Counted from the first letter of the stretch, positions 1 to 12,373 are shown. The stretch is 59,630 nt of DNA from Sporopachydermia quercuum (GCA_001599295.1 BCGN01000005.1:1426001-1485630), one strand, 5' to 3'. A program made the numbers and translations. Notes: generated by a model not told the origin, from the sequence alone.

Positions 1-5
1 GTCAA

Positions 6-1163
6 GTGACTGAAAACCAATTACTGACGCCATCAATGGATCCTCAGTTATACAATATTAGCGTTCCAAAAGGAATTTATCCTGAAGCTGTTTTACTTTC
101 AGATACTTATCCACAAGTTCCTGTACAGGTTCCTGTATCTATGGGAGTTCAAGGTATGCAGCAAGTTCAACAAGTACAACCACTGCACCAAGTACAACAA
201 GTTCAAGGAGTTCCTATGCCACACCCTAATCAAGGCTCGGTTTTACCACAACCAAACCATATACAGTTACCCAATCAACATATGCCGGTATCAATGGTTC
301 GAACACATCATATCAACTCAGCCGATCAAATAGGATCGTATCCTGGACAGACAATTCCTGTACACTCTACCATCCCAATCTCTGGACATTCTAATTATAC
401 TATTCAACAAGCACAGGGTGATACTAATAGCACAATGACCAGCCCTCAAGCTGGACGCACTAGTAGTCCAAACTCTGCATCTACTGTTTCCTTTGCACAG
501 ACTGGAGCCCATTTATTAGCTGTCCATAAGCCAGAATACTCTTCCAAGTCCCCTACTAGTCCCATCGCTCAAATTCAATCTCAAATCCTAACCAAAGGCG
601 TTCCTATGACTTCTACTACTTCTGGAGTCAAATCAGCTGCTCCTAATGCCAATACTGCTTCTATCACACAAGCTTCCAACCATGGGCATGTAACAGCTAT
701 ACAATATGTTCCTCAGAACTCACAGTCTTTCCTCGTACCAATGGCGCAAGTTTATACAACCGTACCAGGACAGGTAGTTAATCAGCCTTACTACATCCAA
801 GTTCAACCAATATATCAAAATGCTCCAGCTGCCGCAGTTCCAACGGTGCAAACTGCAGTTGCAGCATCCCCAGCCCCAGTGGTTCAGGGCCATACTCAAT
901 CTCATCCCTTATCGCAAGCTTCTCATAATACCCAACCAAGACAATTTGTTACATCTAATACTATCAACGTTCTATCTCATAAAGGTAATGCTGAAATCAC
1001 TCCTAAATCATTAGCTCCAAAAGATATGCCATCTTTAGAAGATTTAATGAAGAGAAGTTCAAGCGTATCTTCATCACTACCACCGTTAAGATTAGGAGTT
1101 GGGAACAATCATGCTTCTAATGATGCTAAAACGTTAGATGTACTTAATAGGACATTTGCTTAA
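6..1163 (+). CDS. Q/P/S/T-rich low-complexity protein, probably the 3' part of a gene starting before the window (possible transcriptional regulator)
   Basis: 385-codon ORF whose frame is open to the window edge; first ATG at 36. Repeated QQVQ tracts, no globular domain recognised, SLPPLR near the C-terminus. Confidence 0.6.
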   Translation: MTENQLLTPSMDPQLYNISVPKGIYPEAVLLSDTYPQVPVQVPVSMGVQGMQQVQQVQPLHQVQQVQGVPMPHPNQGSVLPQPNHIQLPNQHMPVSMVRTHHINSADQIGSYPGQTIPVHSTIPISGHSNYTIQQAQGDTNSTMTSPQAGRTSSPNSASTVSFAQTGAHLLAVHKPEYSSKSPTSPIAQIQSQILTKGVPMTSTTSGVKSAAPNANTASITQASNHGHVTAIQYVPQNSQSFLVPMAQVYTTVPGQVVNQPYYIQVQPIYQNAPAAAVPTVQTAVAASPAPVVQGHTQSHPLSQASHNTQPRQFVTSNTINVLSHKGNAEITPKSLAPKDMPSLEDLMKRSSSVSSSLPPLRLGVGNNHASNDAKTLDVLNRTFA

Positions 1164-1547
1164 TATGAATGAACTAAGGAGAGAGTGTGGATTTTACTTA
1201 AATGCTGTTTATATCTATGTGTATTATAATTATGATGACTTTTATGATAGTAAATCAAAGAACTGTAATGAATCAGAGGGTATTGACTTTCACTATTAGG
1301 CTTTAGGATATATGCACTATTGATGCATCCCAAATGCATATATTAATAAATCCGTAACTTTATTTATATTTGTATCTTTTTTCTTTTTTCTCATTTACTT
1401 AATCAGATTTTTCACCTCGTTTTCAGATAAATGTTACAGCGGCTATAATAGTACGTTTTAGATTCTTTATTGACGGATCTATGCTAACAAATCTAATTAA
1501 AGCTCTCAGTTTCGTATAAAATCTATCACCGATCTACCTCTTGAACC

Positions 1548-2714
1548 ATGAGTAAACTTACAGTAGAGGCATCAGCTCAGTTCATCAGCTCTCGGGCTAA
1601 GAATGTGACTGTCAACCCTGAGAACTGCTCAGCAAGCGCTTGGAAGCTATTAGAAGCTATGAAAGCTAAAACTTCAACTGAAAGTAACACAATAAATGGA
1701 TATATTTACGCTGGAGATTGGACTAGCCATCTCCTAAATTATTTCCCAAAGTTTGATGAGAAAGACCGTGCGAAAGTGAAAGTTTCCACTGGAGATGCAG
1801 ACGATATCAACGCTTGGGTTGTTGATTGGTTGTTTACGGTCGATCTATTGAACTTCAGTTTCTGGTCAGATGTTGATGTAGGTGATAAAGGTATTCCTGA
1901 CGAGCAAACAGAAAGATTTGCATTGGAATACAACGGCGAAATGTATACCGGATATTGGAGTTTATTAGCCGCAATAAAGCGAACAATGCAGAGAGGAGAT
2001 CATAGAATAATATCACCAGTGTTTTGGGCAAGCCCGGAATTTGATCAAGAATATATTAATGAAGTGTTTAGAGTTAACACTGAGGAGAAAGTTCCTATGT
2101 TGAAAGAACGATTTGAAGTTTTGAAAGAAGCAGGAACTGTCATTACTGATCAGCTTAACAGCAAATCAATCATTCCATTGATGAAGCAAGCGAAAGGATC
2201 AGCAGCCAAACTCATTGAACTTTTGACTACAAATTTCCCTAATTTCAGAGATTCTGGGGTTTATGAAGGTGTGGAAGTTCATTTTTATAAACGTGTTCAA
2301 ATTTTCATTGCTGATTTATGGGGATGTTTTAAAGGGCAGTCATTTGGACAGTTTGCTGATATCGATTGCATTACAATGTTTGCTGATTATCGGGTGCCTC
2401 AAATGCTTTATATTTTGGGATGTATTGAATATGACGACGAACTAATACAAGTTTTAAATCAGCACAAGCCTCTAGCCCACGGGTCAGTTATGGAAATGGA
2501 GATTCGTGCTGCAAGCATATGGAGTGTCGAGCTGATCAGACAAAAAATGATCTCAATAATAGAAAAACAAGATAAGTCGTTCGGATACAAAGTTAACTCG
2601 ATAGTTATAGACTTTTATCTTTGGGATACGGCGAAGGAAATTCAGCAACAAAGAGTAGCGGAAGGAAAAGATGAACAGATCCCATGTCATATGACTAGAA
2701 GTATATACTACTAG
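1548..2714 (+). CDS. QNG1: Queuosine salvage protein / queuosine 5'-phosphate N-glycosylase (DUF2419, QNG1/C9orf64 family)
   Basis: Family motifs VDLLNFSFWS, YTGYWSL, FYKRVQIFIADLW, ITMFADYRVPQ, EMEIRAASI, IDFYLWD and C-terminal IPCHMTRSIYY. Confidence 0.92.
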   Translation: MSKLTVEASAQFISSRAKNVTVNPENCSASAWKLLEAMKAKTSTESNTINGYIYAGDWTSHLLNYFPKFDEKDRAKVKVSTGDADDINAWVVDWLFTVDLLNFSFWSDVDVGDKGIPDEQTERFALEYNGEMYTGYWSLLAAIKRTMQRGDHRIISPVFWASPEFDQEYINEVFRVNTEEKVPMLKERFEVLKEAGTVITDQLNSKSIIPLMKQAKGSAAKLIELLTTNFPNFRDSGVYEGVEVHFYKRVQIFIADLWGCFKGQSFGQFADIDCITMFADYRVPQMLYILGCIEYDDELIQVLNQHKPLAHGSVMEMEIRAASIWSVELIRQKMISIIEKQDKSFGYKVNSIVIDFYLWDTAKEIQQQRVAEGKDEQIPCHMTRSIYY

Positions 2715-5700
2715 CTGTCATAGAATTTGTAAAATGGTAGACAATATTACAATAGAAATGAATGAACAACGAGCAAATTGTAGATCTTCTGGAGTTTGTA
2801 TTACTGAACATGTTATTGAATCTCATCTTTTTATTGCTTACACAATCTAAAATAAGATCACCTTGAAGCTTAACAAACCTTATTCCATGCCTTGCATAAA
2901 CATACAGCTATTGACAACCTTAATTTGAATGTGCCACTTTTGTATCGTATCCATAACCAAATTTGCCATTCAGCTAAGCTCATTAGAATAATTGGTTCTA
3001 ATTCCGAAGATTTAGATCCATTGTTATTAAATCCAATACAATTGCAAAGATATTCAAGCTCAAATTATCTTCCTAGTTGTTCATAAGTGGATTTTTTTCC
3101 AGTTTCTTTGCAAAAGAGATTATTGTAGTAAGAGCAGAATATGCAGGCCCCGCAATAATAGATATAAAGTTAGTGGGATGTGTTGAGGGGTAGATTATCT
3201 TGTCACATTCTAAATTCCTAGAAATCGAGACATTGTCACGCGTATTTATATCGTCCAGAAGCACCTTTTGCTGGAAAAGGAAACAATTGACCAATTAATG
3301 ATGAATACACTTGCGTTCTACCGGACACAAAGCGTTCACTTGGAGGGGCATTTTATTTTCATTATACTCTTGACTATCTGGTCCCACCCTCAGAATTAAC
3401 TTCCCCACATATGGTCCCTCTTTCTCCTTACTTTTTGTGAGAATTCTTGGGGGAGTCAAATACTCTTTGGAGTTACATCTGACAAGTGCGAAAAATTTAA
3501 ACCTCAGTTCAAACTAAGGCAAGAGATCGGTTCAGTAAGTATGTGTATATGCTCTGATATATTATAATGCAAGGACAAAGAGGAAACCAAGATACATGAC
3601 AACGAGTAAAGAAAGAGTATAATAATAATAGTAAAGTAGGAGAACTGTTGAACTGATATTGAATATATTTTGATTAGAGAATGTAATCGAGTGAATCAAG
3701 GACTTTCGCGTGACTTGGTACAGGATTGTGATATCTGGTGTCATACTATTTAGACACTCTGATGGAAGACCGATTGCCAACGAGTGCAAGCAGTATTGTA
3801 ATTATCTATTATTCATTGACTTTATTGATATATCCATACTGAATCGTTTATTTGTTGTTTTATCTGGAATACCTACTCGTGGAGAACAGTGGGCTACAAA
3901 ATTGATACGGTTCTTGCGCACTTAGTTAATGAGCAATCCTTATAGTGATATTGGTTGACGAACTTCCAGTTCTATACATTACAATCCACCCAAATGTCTA
4001 CACCTTCAAATAATAAATCCATATTTCTCATATTAATCAGTAGAAAGTAATAATCTTTCATCAATGTATTGTCGTCTTATTTTGCTCCTTCGCAGCATCT
4101 GACAATTTATGACATTTCACCTGACAATCGAAGATCAAGGTTTCGAACTCTAACAAAGTTGTTCAATCCGTGACAAATTTCGTCGTTGAAGTGTTTTATA
4201 TAAACTAATCATGGTCCCTCTATTACCCCTCCGATTTCGAAGTTCTCCTCCTCGTTTCCTTTCTTCTCCTCCTCTTGAATTGGTCTAACTAACTAATTAA
4301 CTAATCATCATCGAGACCAGATCAATGGTATGAATTGGTTACAGATTATTGACTTTCGAGGCATAGATCTACAGTATAAAGGGTTATCATAGAGGGTATG
4401 TATAATTGTCACAAGCTTTGCTATGAAATGATACTACATATGTCATGTTGATAGTTCACCCAGTCAATGTGAATGAAAACTGATTAATCATGAAAATGGT
4501 GTTAATACCGCGTGCCATATTGAAATTATTCAACCTGCATGGCTAAGTACTTTTGTATTAATCTTCTATACAAAATTCACGTTTCGGATACCTTTTCATT
4601 GATAATGAAGAGCAATAATTCACACCAACACTCTTGGCTTGCATTCTAGTCCCCTCCTCAATGGTGGTGGTCACCCCCATTTTACCTCCACGGTAGGAGA
4701 CATCATGCGACATTAAGATACCCCTATCTAGACAGAAAAGTCAACGGCTGATTCCCTTGATTGATTAATACTTTTATTTACTTTCTTTTTACTTCAGTAT
4801 TTTTAAAATCTCTCTACTTTATCATTGTTAGTATACATACACAAGCAATGTCTGATTTCTGATTCTCACCATACGTCTCAACGCAAATTCCGGCTGAACC
4901 GGATAATGCCTGGGTACATTTGTGAGAATAGGGAATATGATCGTCCGTGTTGAAGTATTTGTCCAGTTTATATCTTTTTTCTTTAATATGGAATCAATTG
5001 CTAAAACAGAGTGCTTCATTTGAGATCCTTATTATTGTTAATTGTTGAAGTTTCCCCATAAATCCAAGAAATATGACATCTGAGGATCTTTACTGCAGAG
5101 CTAAGCTCCGAAGCTCCGAGGGGTTCTAAAGAAAATAGGGAAATAATGGTTATGAAAAATAATAATAAAACTATTATTAGTATGATTTATTTTGTTATTA
5201 TTTTCATTTTTTTCTTTTATGACATTGAATTGCTATAAGTACTGTTTGAAAATGTGGTGAAGCGAGTATATCAATATTCTGTTCGGTGGTTTGGATTGGC
5301 AGGACCAGTAAGTGCCTGTCAGCTATGGGACTATCAATCCAACGTAACTTTGGTTGATTTCATTCCCCTTCCATCAATTTGCTTGAATATTTGATAATTG
5401 ATAATTATATCCTATTCGTGCTGTTTAGAATGATAAAATAAACTGATCAAATTATCTGATCAAATCATCAAATCAGCAGAAGCCCTAAAGAGACACTATA
5501 CCCTTTTGCACACATCAGATTTCCTCTCAATAACTTCTGCTTACTGCAAACATTATTATATTACACGTTGGATACCTTTTATCACCTCTTCTTACTTCTC
5601 TGCATATCTGTATCTTCATACCCATCTTGATTATCGTTCAATCATTGCAAATTAATGAATCAGCTGGAACCACCTTGACTTTCATATGTCGTGTCGTGTC

Positions 5701-6115
5701 CGTGAGGGTTAATACCCTTCTTGGTTTTTCGGACGACTCCATTAGACTTCTGGGGTGATAATGATCACTTTTCAACAAATGTTTCTATTGTCCGGGACCG
5801 GGACTGGCTTACTGCCGGAGCCGGCCAGTTTCGGGATTACAGGATGAATAAAATCTGATCTTATTGGCGCTGCTAGGAATTGCATTTTGTTTCTCAATCC
5901 TTTTATCTTATGATGAGATAATACATTGGACAGACAGTTAGGTCTATACTGTATTACAATCAGGCCTGACGTTTCTGAAAGACAGTTTGCATAATCCTAT
6001 TAATATTATACATTGTCATAACATTTCATAGTGTTTCGCTGTATTTCATTATTTTCTTTTTCTTTTCCTTTTGTAACCTTACTAACTAAAGCGACTGCAG
6101 ATTATAGATATAAAA

Positions 6116-7681
6116 ATGGGTGTTGCATCAAATTTATTGAAAAGCAGAGTTCGATTCGAACCATACTTGAAGAAGGTCAGAACTCCTGAAGAATGTGTCG
6201 AGTTATTCAAACACGGGCAATATCTTGGATGGTCAGGTTTCACTGGTGTCGGTGGACCAAAGGTTGTGCCAGAAGCTTTAGTTCAACACTGTGATAAGAA
6301 CAACTTACATGGTAAATACGGATTCAACATTTTTTGTGGTGCTTCTGCTGGACCTGAAGAATCCAGATTAGCTGAAAGAAGTATGATCTTGAGAAGATCT
6401 CCTCATCAAGTTGGTAAGCCTATTGCACAAGCTATTAACGATGGAAGGACTCTTTTCTTTGATAAGCACTTGTCTATGTGGCCACAAGATTTGACCTACG
6501 GTTTCTATACGAGACACAAGGAAGACGATAACTTGGATATTGCCATTATTGAGGCTACTGCTATTGCTGAGGATGGCTCTATTATTCCTGGCCCCGCTGT
6601 TGGTGGCTCCCCAGAAATCATTTCTGTTTCCAAGCAAGTTATTATTGAAGTTAATACTACTACTCCCAGTTTTGAAGGTGTTCACGATATCAATATGCCA
6701 GTTCAACCTCCTTACAGACAACCATACCAAATAACTACTGTTGATCAAAGAATTGGTACTCTGACCATTCCTGTTGATCCTTCCAAAGTTGTTGCTATTG
6801 TTGAATCAACTGTTCCTGATCAAGTTCCTCCAAATACTCCTTCTGATGAAATGTCACAGGGAATTGCTGCTCACTTGATTGATTTTTTCGAGAACGAAGT
6901 GAAATACGGAAGATTACCTCCTAACTTACATCCTTTACAGTCTGGTATCGGTAATATTGCCAATGCTGTTGTTGAAGGTTTGGCTGCCTCTGAGTTCAAG
7001 AACTTGACTGTTTGGACCGAAGTATTACAAGACTCTTTCTTGGATTTCTTCGAATCAGGAAAATTAGATTTCGCTACTGCTACATCTATTAGATTGACTG
7101 AAGAAGGTTTCAAGAGATTCAATGAACATCCTGAATACAGAGATAAGCTTTTACTCAGATCTCAAGTTGTTTCCAACTCTCCTGAAATCATAAGAAGATT
7201 AGGTGTCATTGCCATGAACACTCCTGTTGAAGTTGATATCTACGGACATGCCAACTCTACTAATGTCTCTGGTTCAAGAATGTTGAATGGTTTGGGTGGA
7301 TCTGGTGATTTCTTACGTAATGCCAAATTGTCTATCATGCACACTCCTTCTGCCAGACCTACCAAGACTGATCCTACTGGTTTATCTTGTATTGTACCTT
7401 TTGCAAGTCACATTGATCAAACTGAACACGATTTGGACATCATTGTCACTGAACAAGGTCTTGCTGACCTGAGAGGATTGTCTCCTAAGGAAAGATCCAG
7501 AGAAATCATCAAAAATTGTGCCCACCCTGATTACAAGGACTTGTTGACCGAGTACGTCGAAAGAGCCGAAAAGGACTGTGCTGCTAGAAAGTCTCTCCAT
7601 GAACCTCACATTTTGAAGGATGCCTTCAAATTCCACATCAACTTGCAAGAGAAAGGCACCATGAAGTTGGACAGCTGGTAA
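6116..7681 (+). CDS. ACH1: Acetyl-CoA hydrolase / succinyl-CoA:acetate CoA-transferase
   Basis: 521 aa. N-terminus SNLLKSRVR...[13 protein letters not shown], then [21 protein letters not shown] and [13 protein letters not shown], all Ach1-like. Codon usage looks strongly biased. Confidence 0.97.
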   Translation: MGVASNLLKSRVRFEPYLKKVRTPEECVELFKHGQYLGWSGFTGVGGPKVVPEALVQHCDKNNLHGKYGFNIFCGASAGPEESRLAERSMILRRSPHQVGKPIAQAINDGRTLFFDKHLSMWPQDLTYGFYTRHKEDDNLDIAIIEATAIAEDGSIIPGPAVGGSPEIISVSKQVIIEVNTTTPSFEGVHDINMPVQPPYRQPYQITTVDQRIGTLTIPVDPSKVVAIVESTVPDQVPPNTPSDEMSQGIAAHLIDFFENEVKYGRLPPNLHPLQSGIGNIANAVVEGLAASEFKNLTVWTEVLQDSFLDFFESGKLDFATATSIRLTEEGFKRFNEHPEYRDKLLLRSQVVSNSPEIIRRLGVIAMNTPVEVDIYGHANSTNVSGSRMLNGLGGSGDFLRNAKLSIMHTPSARPTKTDPTGLSCIVPFASHIDQTEHDLDIIVTEQGLADLRGLSPKERSREIIKNCAHPDYKDLLTEYVERAEKDCAARKSLHEPHILKDAFKFHINLQEKGTMKLDSW

Positions 7682-9653
7682 GTTTCCCAGGACAAATTTA
7701 AGAACAACAGTTGATGGGTGATTAGGGTGAATAAGTGTAGCACTTCAATTATGTTATGTACCTTCTACCAAACGGATTGATTGTCTCCTAACTGCCTTAG
7801 ACTATCAATGAACCTAGTTGGAGTTTTCATTCTAAGGCTGTTCTCTTATTTATTTATTTATGATATTTATTATAGTTTCATATAGTTATTTATTTTTAAG
7901 TATCTGTTCATAGTTTATTAAATGATNTTATTATTCAGTTTTTGGTATTATGTCAGCTACTTTTCATTCACGTGACTCTTCTCCGGACTGATCCTTTAAT
8001 CTGATACATTATTTTTGCATTTGACATGGACGCCAACTAGTCGCTTCGCAAGAACTACATTTTAACTAGAAACGGTAATTACATTATAATCGTCTTCTGC
8101 GTCTTATTTCTGTTCAAATATAAGAGGAATTCTTAGCTGAAATCAGCTTGAAACTAAGCGAGCAACGACGCGTTGCGTTGCACCTATGAAACTTTGATTA
8201 TCTTTGCATCAGTAGCAAAATTTGAGAAACCCTAAATTTTGATAATGGGTCGAAGAGCAATTATTTTAAAAGAGAAGAGTAAAGTAGAATAATAATCCAT
8301 AGATATTCATCAATACCACCAATATTAATACCCGAGAAACCTAGATATCATTCATATTTCATATGAGCAATTTGAAAATGGTGATCTACTTAAAATTCTT
8401 ACACTTCAGACGAGGAATATATACCGGGTACTACGGGCTTACAAATAAGTATTGGAGATTGTTAGAAAAAAGGTTGTAAGCATTATCGCCGAAGTATGTT
8501 GAGTTTTCAGTTTGTTGATAAGAATCACAGGTCGCATTATAAATGATATATGAAGTATAAATGCAAATGAGTAAAAAGAGTAAAATACAGTAATTAACTA
8601 CTCACATATCCTTTTACTATGCCAGATAGAATAACTCTCCTTTCTCACCCTAACACAAGCAGATCAATCACAGTTTCTATTGTTTTCTCGAACATAAATC
8701 ACACAAACATGGTTTCGGGTTTGTGGGATTGAAGGTGGAGTAAAGCTTCTTTTTTGCCCTACTTACATAATCCTATTTGATTGACCCACCATATTTAGCC
8801 TGTATGAGAGATGGGTCTCTAATCGCTAAAACAACAACATTTATTCAAAAGAGAGATGGAAATTTCATCTCCCAGAGCGAAACATCTCGAATTAACACCT
8901 CTCTTATAATAATTTTCCGATCGATGGATTTTAGCCTACTTGTAGCAATCCTTTCAAAAGGATTTCTACTACATTAGGAAATGGAAAAACGTCTAAAAAA
9001 GCTACATTAGAGTTCTTAAACCTTATTTTCACCTCAGGATCCCTCAAACCTCAAACGAAGTTAAAACACGGCATATAGAATAGCCACGTCTTCGTAGAAC
9101 ACGTAAAGGGCAACCTGCTTGTTGTTTAAAGCTCAATAATTATTTCCAGATTTGGCATAGATTGAATTCCCCAGGTTGGAGTGACAAAAAAATAACAATT
9201 CCAACGATGAATATGGAAGAATATTGGAAAATGAAGTAGAAGCTGATTGAAGGAGAATCATTATTATATCCCAATTGGGTCCAAGTGAACTAAATGAGTA
9301 AAATCAATTGAAACCATATAGCACAAGAATAGCTTATTTGATGAGAGATCTCCTGCCATAATTGTAGATGGTTGATATTCTTTCTTTTTCTCCTAAGATG
9401 ATTGGCAATTGATTTCTTCTTTTCTTGTTTATATATAGTTCATGACTGTTAGTCACAAGAAATAGTTTTGCTTATGACTGCTATTACAAGAAATACTTGT
9501 CTGTGTACTATATGGTCCATAAAACCGTTTCAGCTATTAGAATCACAACTGTTTAGTTGCTAACCGTGATTTGCAACACCGCCAACTGTCGAAGAAAATC
9601 AATACCCTTTCACATAGCGTACAGATCGAGAGGATTTCGCAAAAAAAAGAAAA

Positions 9654-10241
9654 ATGTCATTATTTCAACGAACAATCAAACACTCACAGTCCGCCAAGGA
9701 CCTTTCAAGGAAAGCACTACTACCAGGACACGAAGGAGAGGCAGAGAGAACACGAATTTTAGAAGAACAACTAATAGCAGTTTCTGTACAAGCAGCACAG
9801 TCCATTGATCGGTGTGATCTATTGGAAGCACGACTTGCGAAGTATGAAGATGTTCCACTGAAAAAGAAACAATTAGATCCACCAAAACCAGATTTCACCT
9901 ACCGTAAACGTGTTACTGAAACTATGACACCATCGTCTTCGATATCCTCCATTAATTCACTCTTCTCAGAGCCAGAAGCTGCTTGCAACCATGAGAAAGA
10001 ACTAGAGAGGTTGAGCCATTGCGATGAAGAGATTCAATTGTTAAGGTCGCGCCTTCTTCAGAAAGAGGAACAAATCAGCCAAATGACGACAGAACTTATC
10101 AGTTCAAACAAAATAATTGAGAAACTAGAGTTAAATGAAAGACTTCTACGAGGACGATTACAGAGAATTGAGCAAGGTATCAATGTTAGTCAGAAGGCTA
10201 AATATGTCATGAATCATGTCCAACCTTTCAGTTACTTTTAG
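9654..10241 (+). CDS. Hypothetical coiled-coil protein (195 aa)
   Basis: ATG-initiated ORF with two heptad-like E/L/K/Q-rich segments separated by a Ser-rich linker; no family recognised. Confidence 0.7.
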   Translation: MSLFQRTIKHSQSAKDLSRKALLPGHEGEAERTRILEEQLIAVSVQAAQSIDRCDLLEARLAKYEDVPLKKKQLDPPKPDFTYRKRVTETMTPSSSISSINSLFSEPEAACNHEKELERLSHCDEEIQLLRSRLLQKEEQISQMTTELISSNKIIEKLELNERLLRGRLQRIEQGINVSQKAKYVMNHVQPFSYF

Positions 10242-11060
10242 TTTATATTATCTTACCCTGTAATGTCTCTTTATGTTTGTCATTTGCTCTATTACTTCAC
10301 ATCATTCTTCTCCCTAATTTTCCTTCGATATGATACGAGCTACATAAATATCTACTGTGTTATGTACTTAATTGTTTAACACTATTATCAGCAGTGTTCT
10401 CTTTTTTATTATTATCCAATACCTGGTTTCTTTGGTTTCTTTTGTTCGGTTAGTTATTCAATATTTTTCAATATAATATATTCTTTGTCTCTTCATCTTA
10501 ATCACATTTAAGCATATTTAAACACAGTTACATACCTTATCTGTATCACTTATTACCTTATTACCTCGTCAATAAGAATATTTGTCCCATTTCCAATTCT
10601 CATCCCACTCCTACTCCTCCTTCCGTTTCGTGTCTCATCTCTGTTTCATTTACCTGAAAAGAGATATGAGGCTCAAAAGTTTTAAACTCACATCAACTCT
10701 TGACATCTTCTTTCAGGTATCAGAAATTACCCATCACGTGGAAAAACACCACCAAATGATTATTTCACAGTGTTAACCTGATTTGGCAGGGGTTCAGATA
10801 AGAAATCTGGTTCCTGTCTAATACAGTAATATGTGAGAATGCACACGAACATACTATGCTGATCACGAGAAGTGCAGTTATAGTGATACATGAAAAAAGG
10901 CAACTTGAAGAAATAGGCTCTAAGAGAGACAACAATAGATAATCTGAAAGTACGGGAAGTTCGTTCTAGGTTCTTAGAACGATTATACTGGAGCAACGTC
11001 CCACTAGATACTTCTACGAAGTATATTGCCAATAGCCCAACGAGATTCCTTCAAGGCATT

Positions 11061-12125
11061 ATGATATCTACAGACTCAAGCAGTCGAACCAGAAGAACAG
11101 CTGGATTAGTTTTCTTAGGCATAGTAGTAATATTATGGACCCTTTCAAGCTTCCTGGTTAGTACCATATTCGAGAAAGATCTTTATAGAAAGCCTTATTT
11201 TATCACATATTTAAATACCGGTACATTTTCTTTCTACCTGATACCTTCACTACTAAAATGGTATAGATACGGTGGAGCCAAAGAATTATATGGAAAGCTA
11301 TTACATAAAGATCGTCCTATCAGCTATTCTCAAATTCAATCACCATTAGTGGTGTCTGAAAGATGGTCAACGAAAAGCACAGCAGTTCTTGCGCTTCAAT
11401 TTTGCATGTTATGGTATATTGCAAATTTACTGACGAATGCTAGTTTATCGTATACCACAGTCACCTCTCAAACGATATTGTCAAGTACATCGTCATTTTT
11501 CACATTGATCATAGCCTCAATAGCTCAGGTAGAGAAATTCACGGCGACGAAACTAGCAGCAACGCTACTCAGCTTTCTAGGAATTATATTGATCGCATTA
11601 TCAGATTCACACGGCAAAAAGGAAACTATGGAGCATGTAGTATTAGGTGACCTGATGGCGCTGGGAGGAGCTGCTTTCTATGGACTGTATACTACTTTAC
11701 TAAAAGTACGAGTAAAGGACGAAAGACGAGTTGACATGAGAGTATTTTTCGGCTTTGTGGGTTTATTCAATCTACTAATTCTTTGGCCAACATTAGTGAT
11801 ATTCAACTTCATTGGAGTAGAAAAGTTTGGACTACCGCCGAATCTGTTTGTTTGGTACATCGTAGTGATAAATGCTCTAAGCACGTTTATATCTGATTTT
11901 TGCTGGGTTTTGGCAATGTTGTTAACGACTCCTCTCACTGTGACGTTAGGTTTGGCTTTAACATTCCCATTAGCTATGTTCTGGGATATGATAATCAATG
12001 GCAACAGTGGAAATTTCTTCTACTACTTGGGTGCCGTTTTAATACCTATTTCGTTTATTATGATCGACAAGCAATCGTTGAAGGAAAGTGAAGAAGATGG
12101 TGATATCGTAACCGAAATTCTGTGA
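11061..12125 (+). CDS. DMT/SLC35F5-family membrane transporter (YML018C/THI74-like)
   Basis: About 10 hydrophobic segments; motifs YRKPYFITYLNT, NASLSYTTVTSQTILSSTSSFFTL, LGDLMALGGAAFYGLYTTLLK, LTTPLTVTLGL; neighbourhood agrees. Confidence 0.88.
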   Translation: MISTDSSSRTRRTAGLVFLGIVVILWTLSSFLVSTIFEKDLYRKPYFITYLNTGTFSFYLIPSLLKWYRYGGAKELYGKLLHKDRPISYSQIQSPLVVSERWSTKSTAVLALQFCMLWYIANLLTNASLSYTTVTSQTILSSTSSFFTLIIASIAQVEKFTATKLAATLLSFLGIILIALSDSHGKKETMEHVVLGDLMALGGAAFYGLYTTLLKVRVKDERRVDMRVFFGFVGLFNLLILWPTLVIFNFIGVEKFGLPPNLFVWYIVVINALSTFISDFCWVLAMLLTTPLTVTLGLALTFPLAMFWDMIINGNSGNFFYYLGAVLIPISFIMIDKQSLKESEEDGDIVTEIL

Positions 12126-12373
12126 GGTCAAATAGCAGGAATCGGAACGTTAATAATGGGATAATATTTTGTGAGAACAACGAAGTATGCATACCGCTCA
12201 AGCATACACCAGCTAAGCCTGTATATATAAAATGATGTACATATACTGCCAGATGTAATGTTTTAATAGATTTGCTTCATAATTTATATATTTTATTAAA
12301 GATCTAAGGATTCACTCTAAGTATGAAGCGTACCATGTTCATATACCTAATAGTGAACATTCGAGGAAGATTT

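Noticed and set aside
4890..4935. TGAACCGGATAATGCC resembles part of a TPP riboswitch core
   Set aside because: It lacks the CTGAGA and (C/T)TGAT elements and the pairing arms, and is not next to a thiamine gene.
8162..8176. Perfect small inverted repeat GCAACG-ACG-CGTTGC overlapping ACGCGT
   Set aside because: Too short and isolated, with no nearby gene start to tie it to.
8606..8649. Peptide RKESYSI matches histone H2B
   Set aside because: Seven residues only and no histone fold follows; treated as coincidence.
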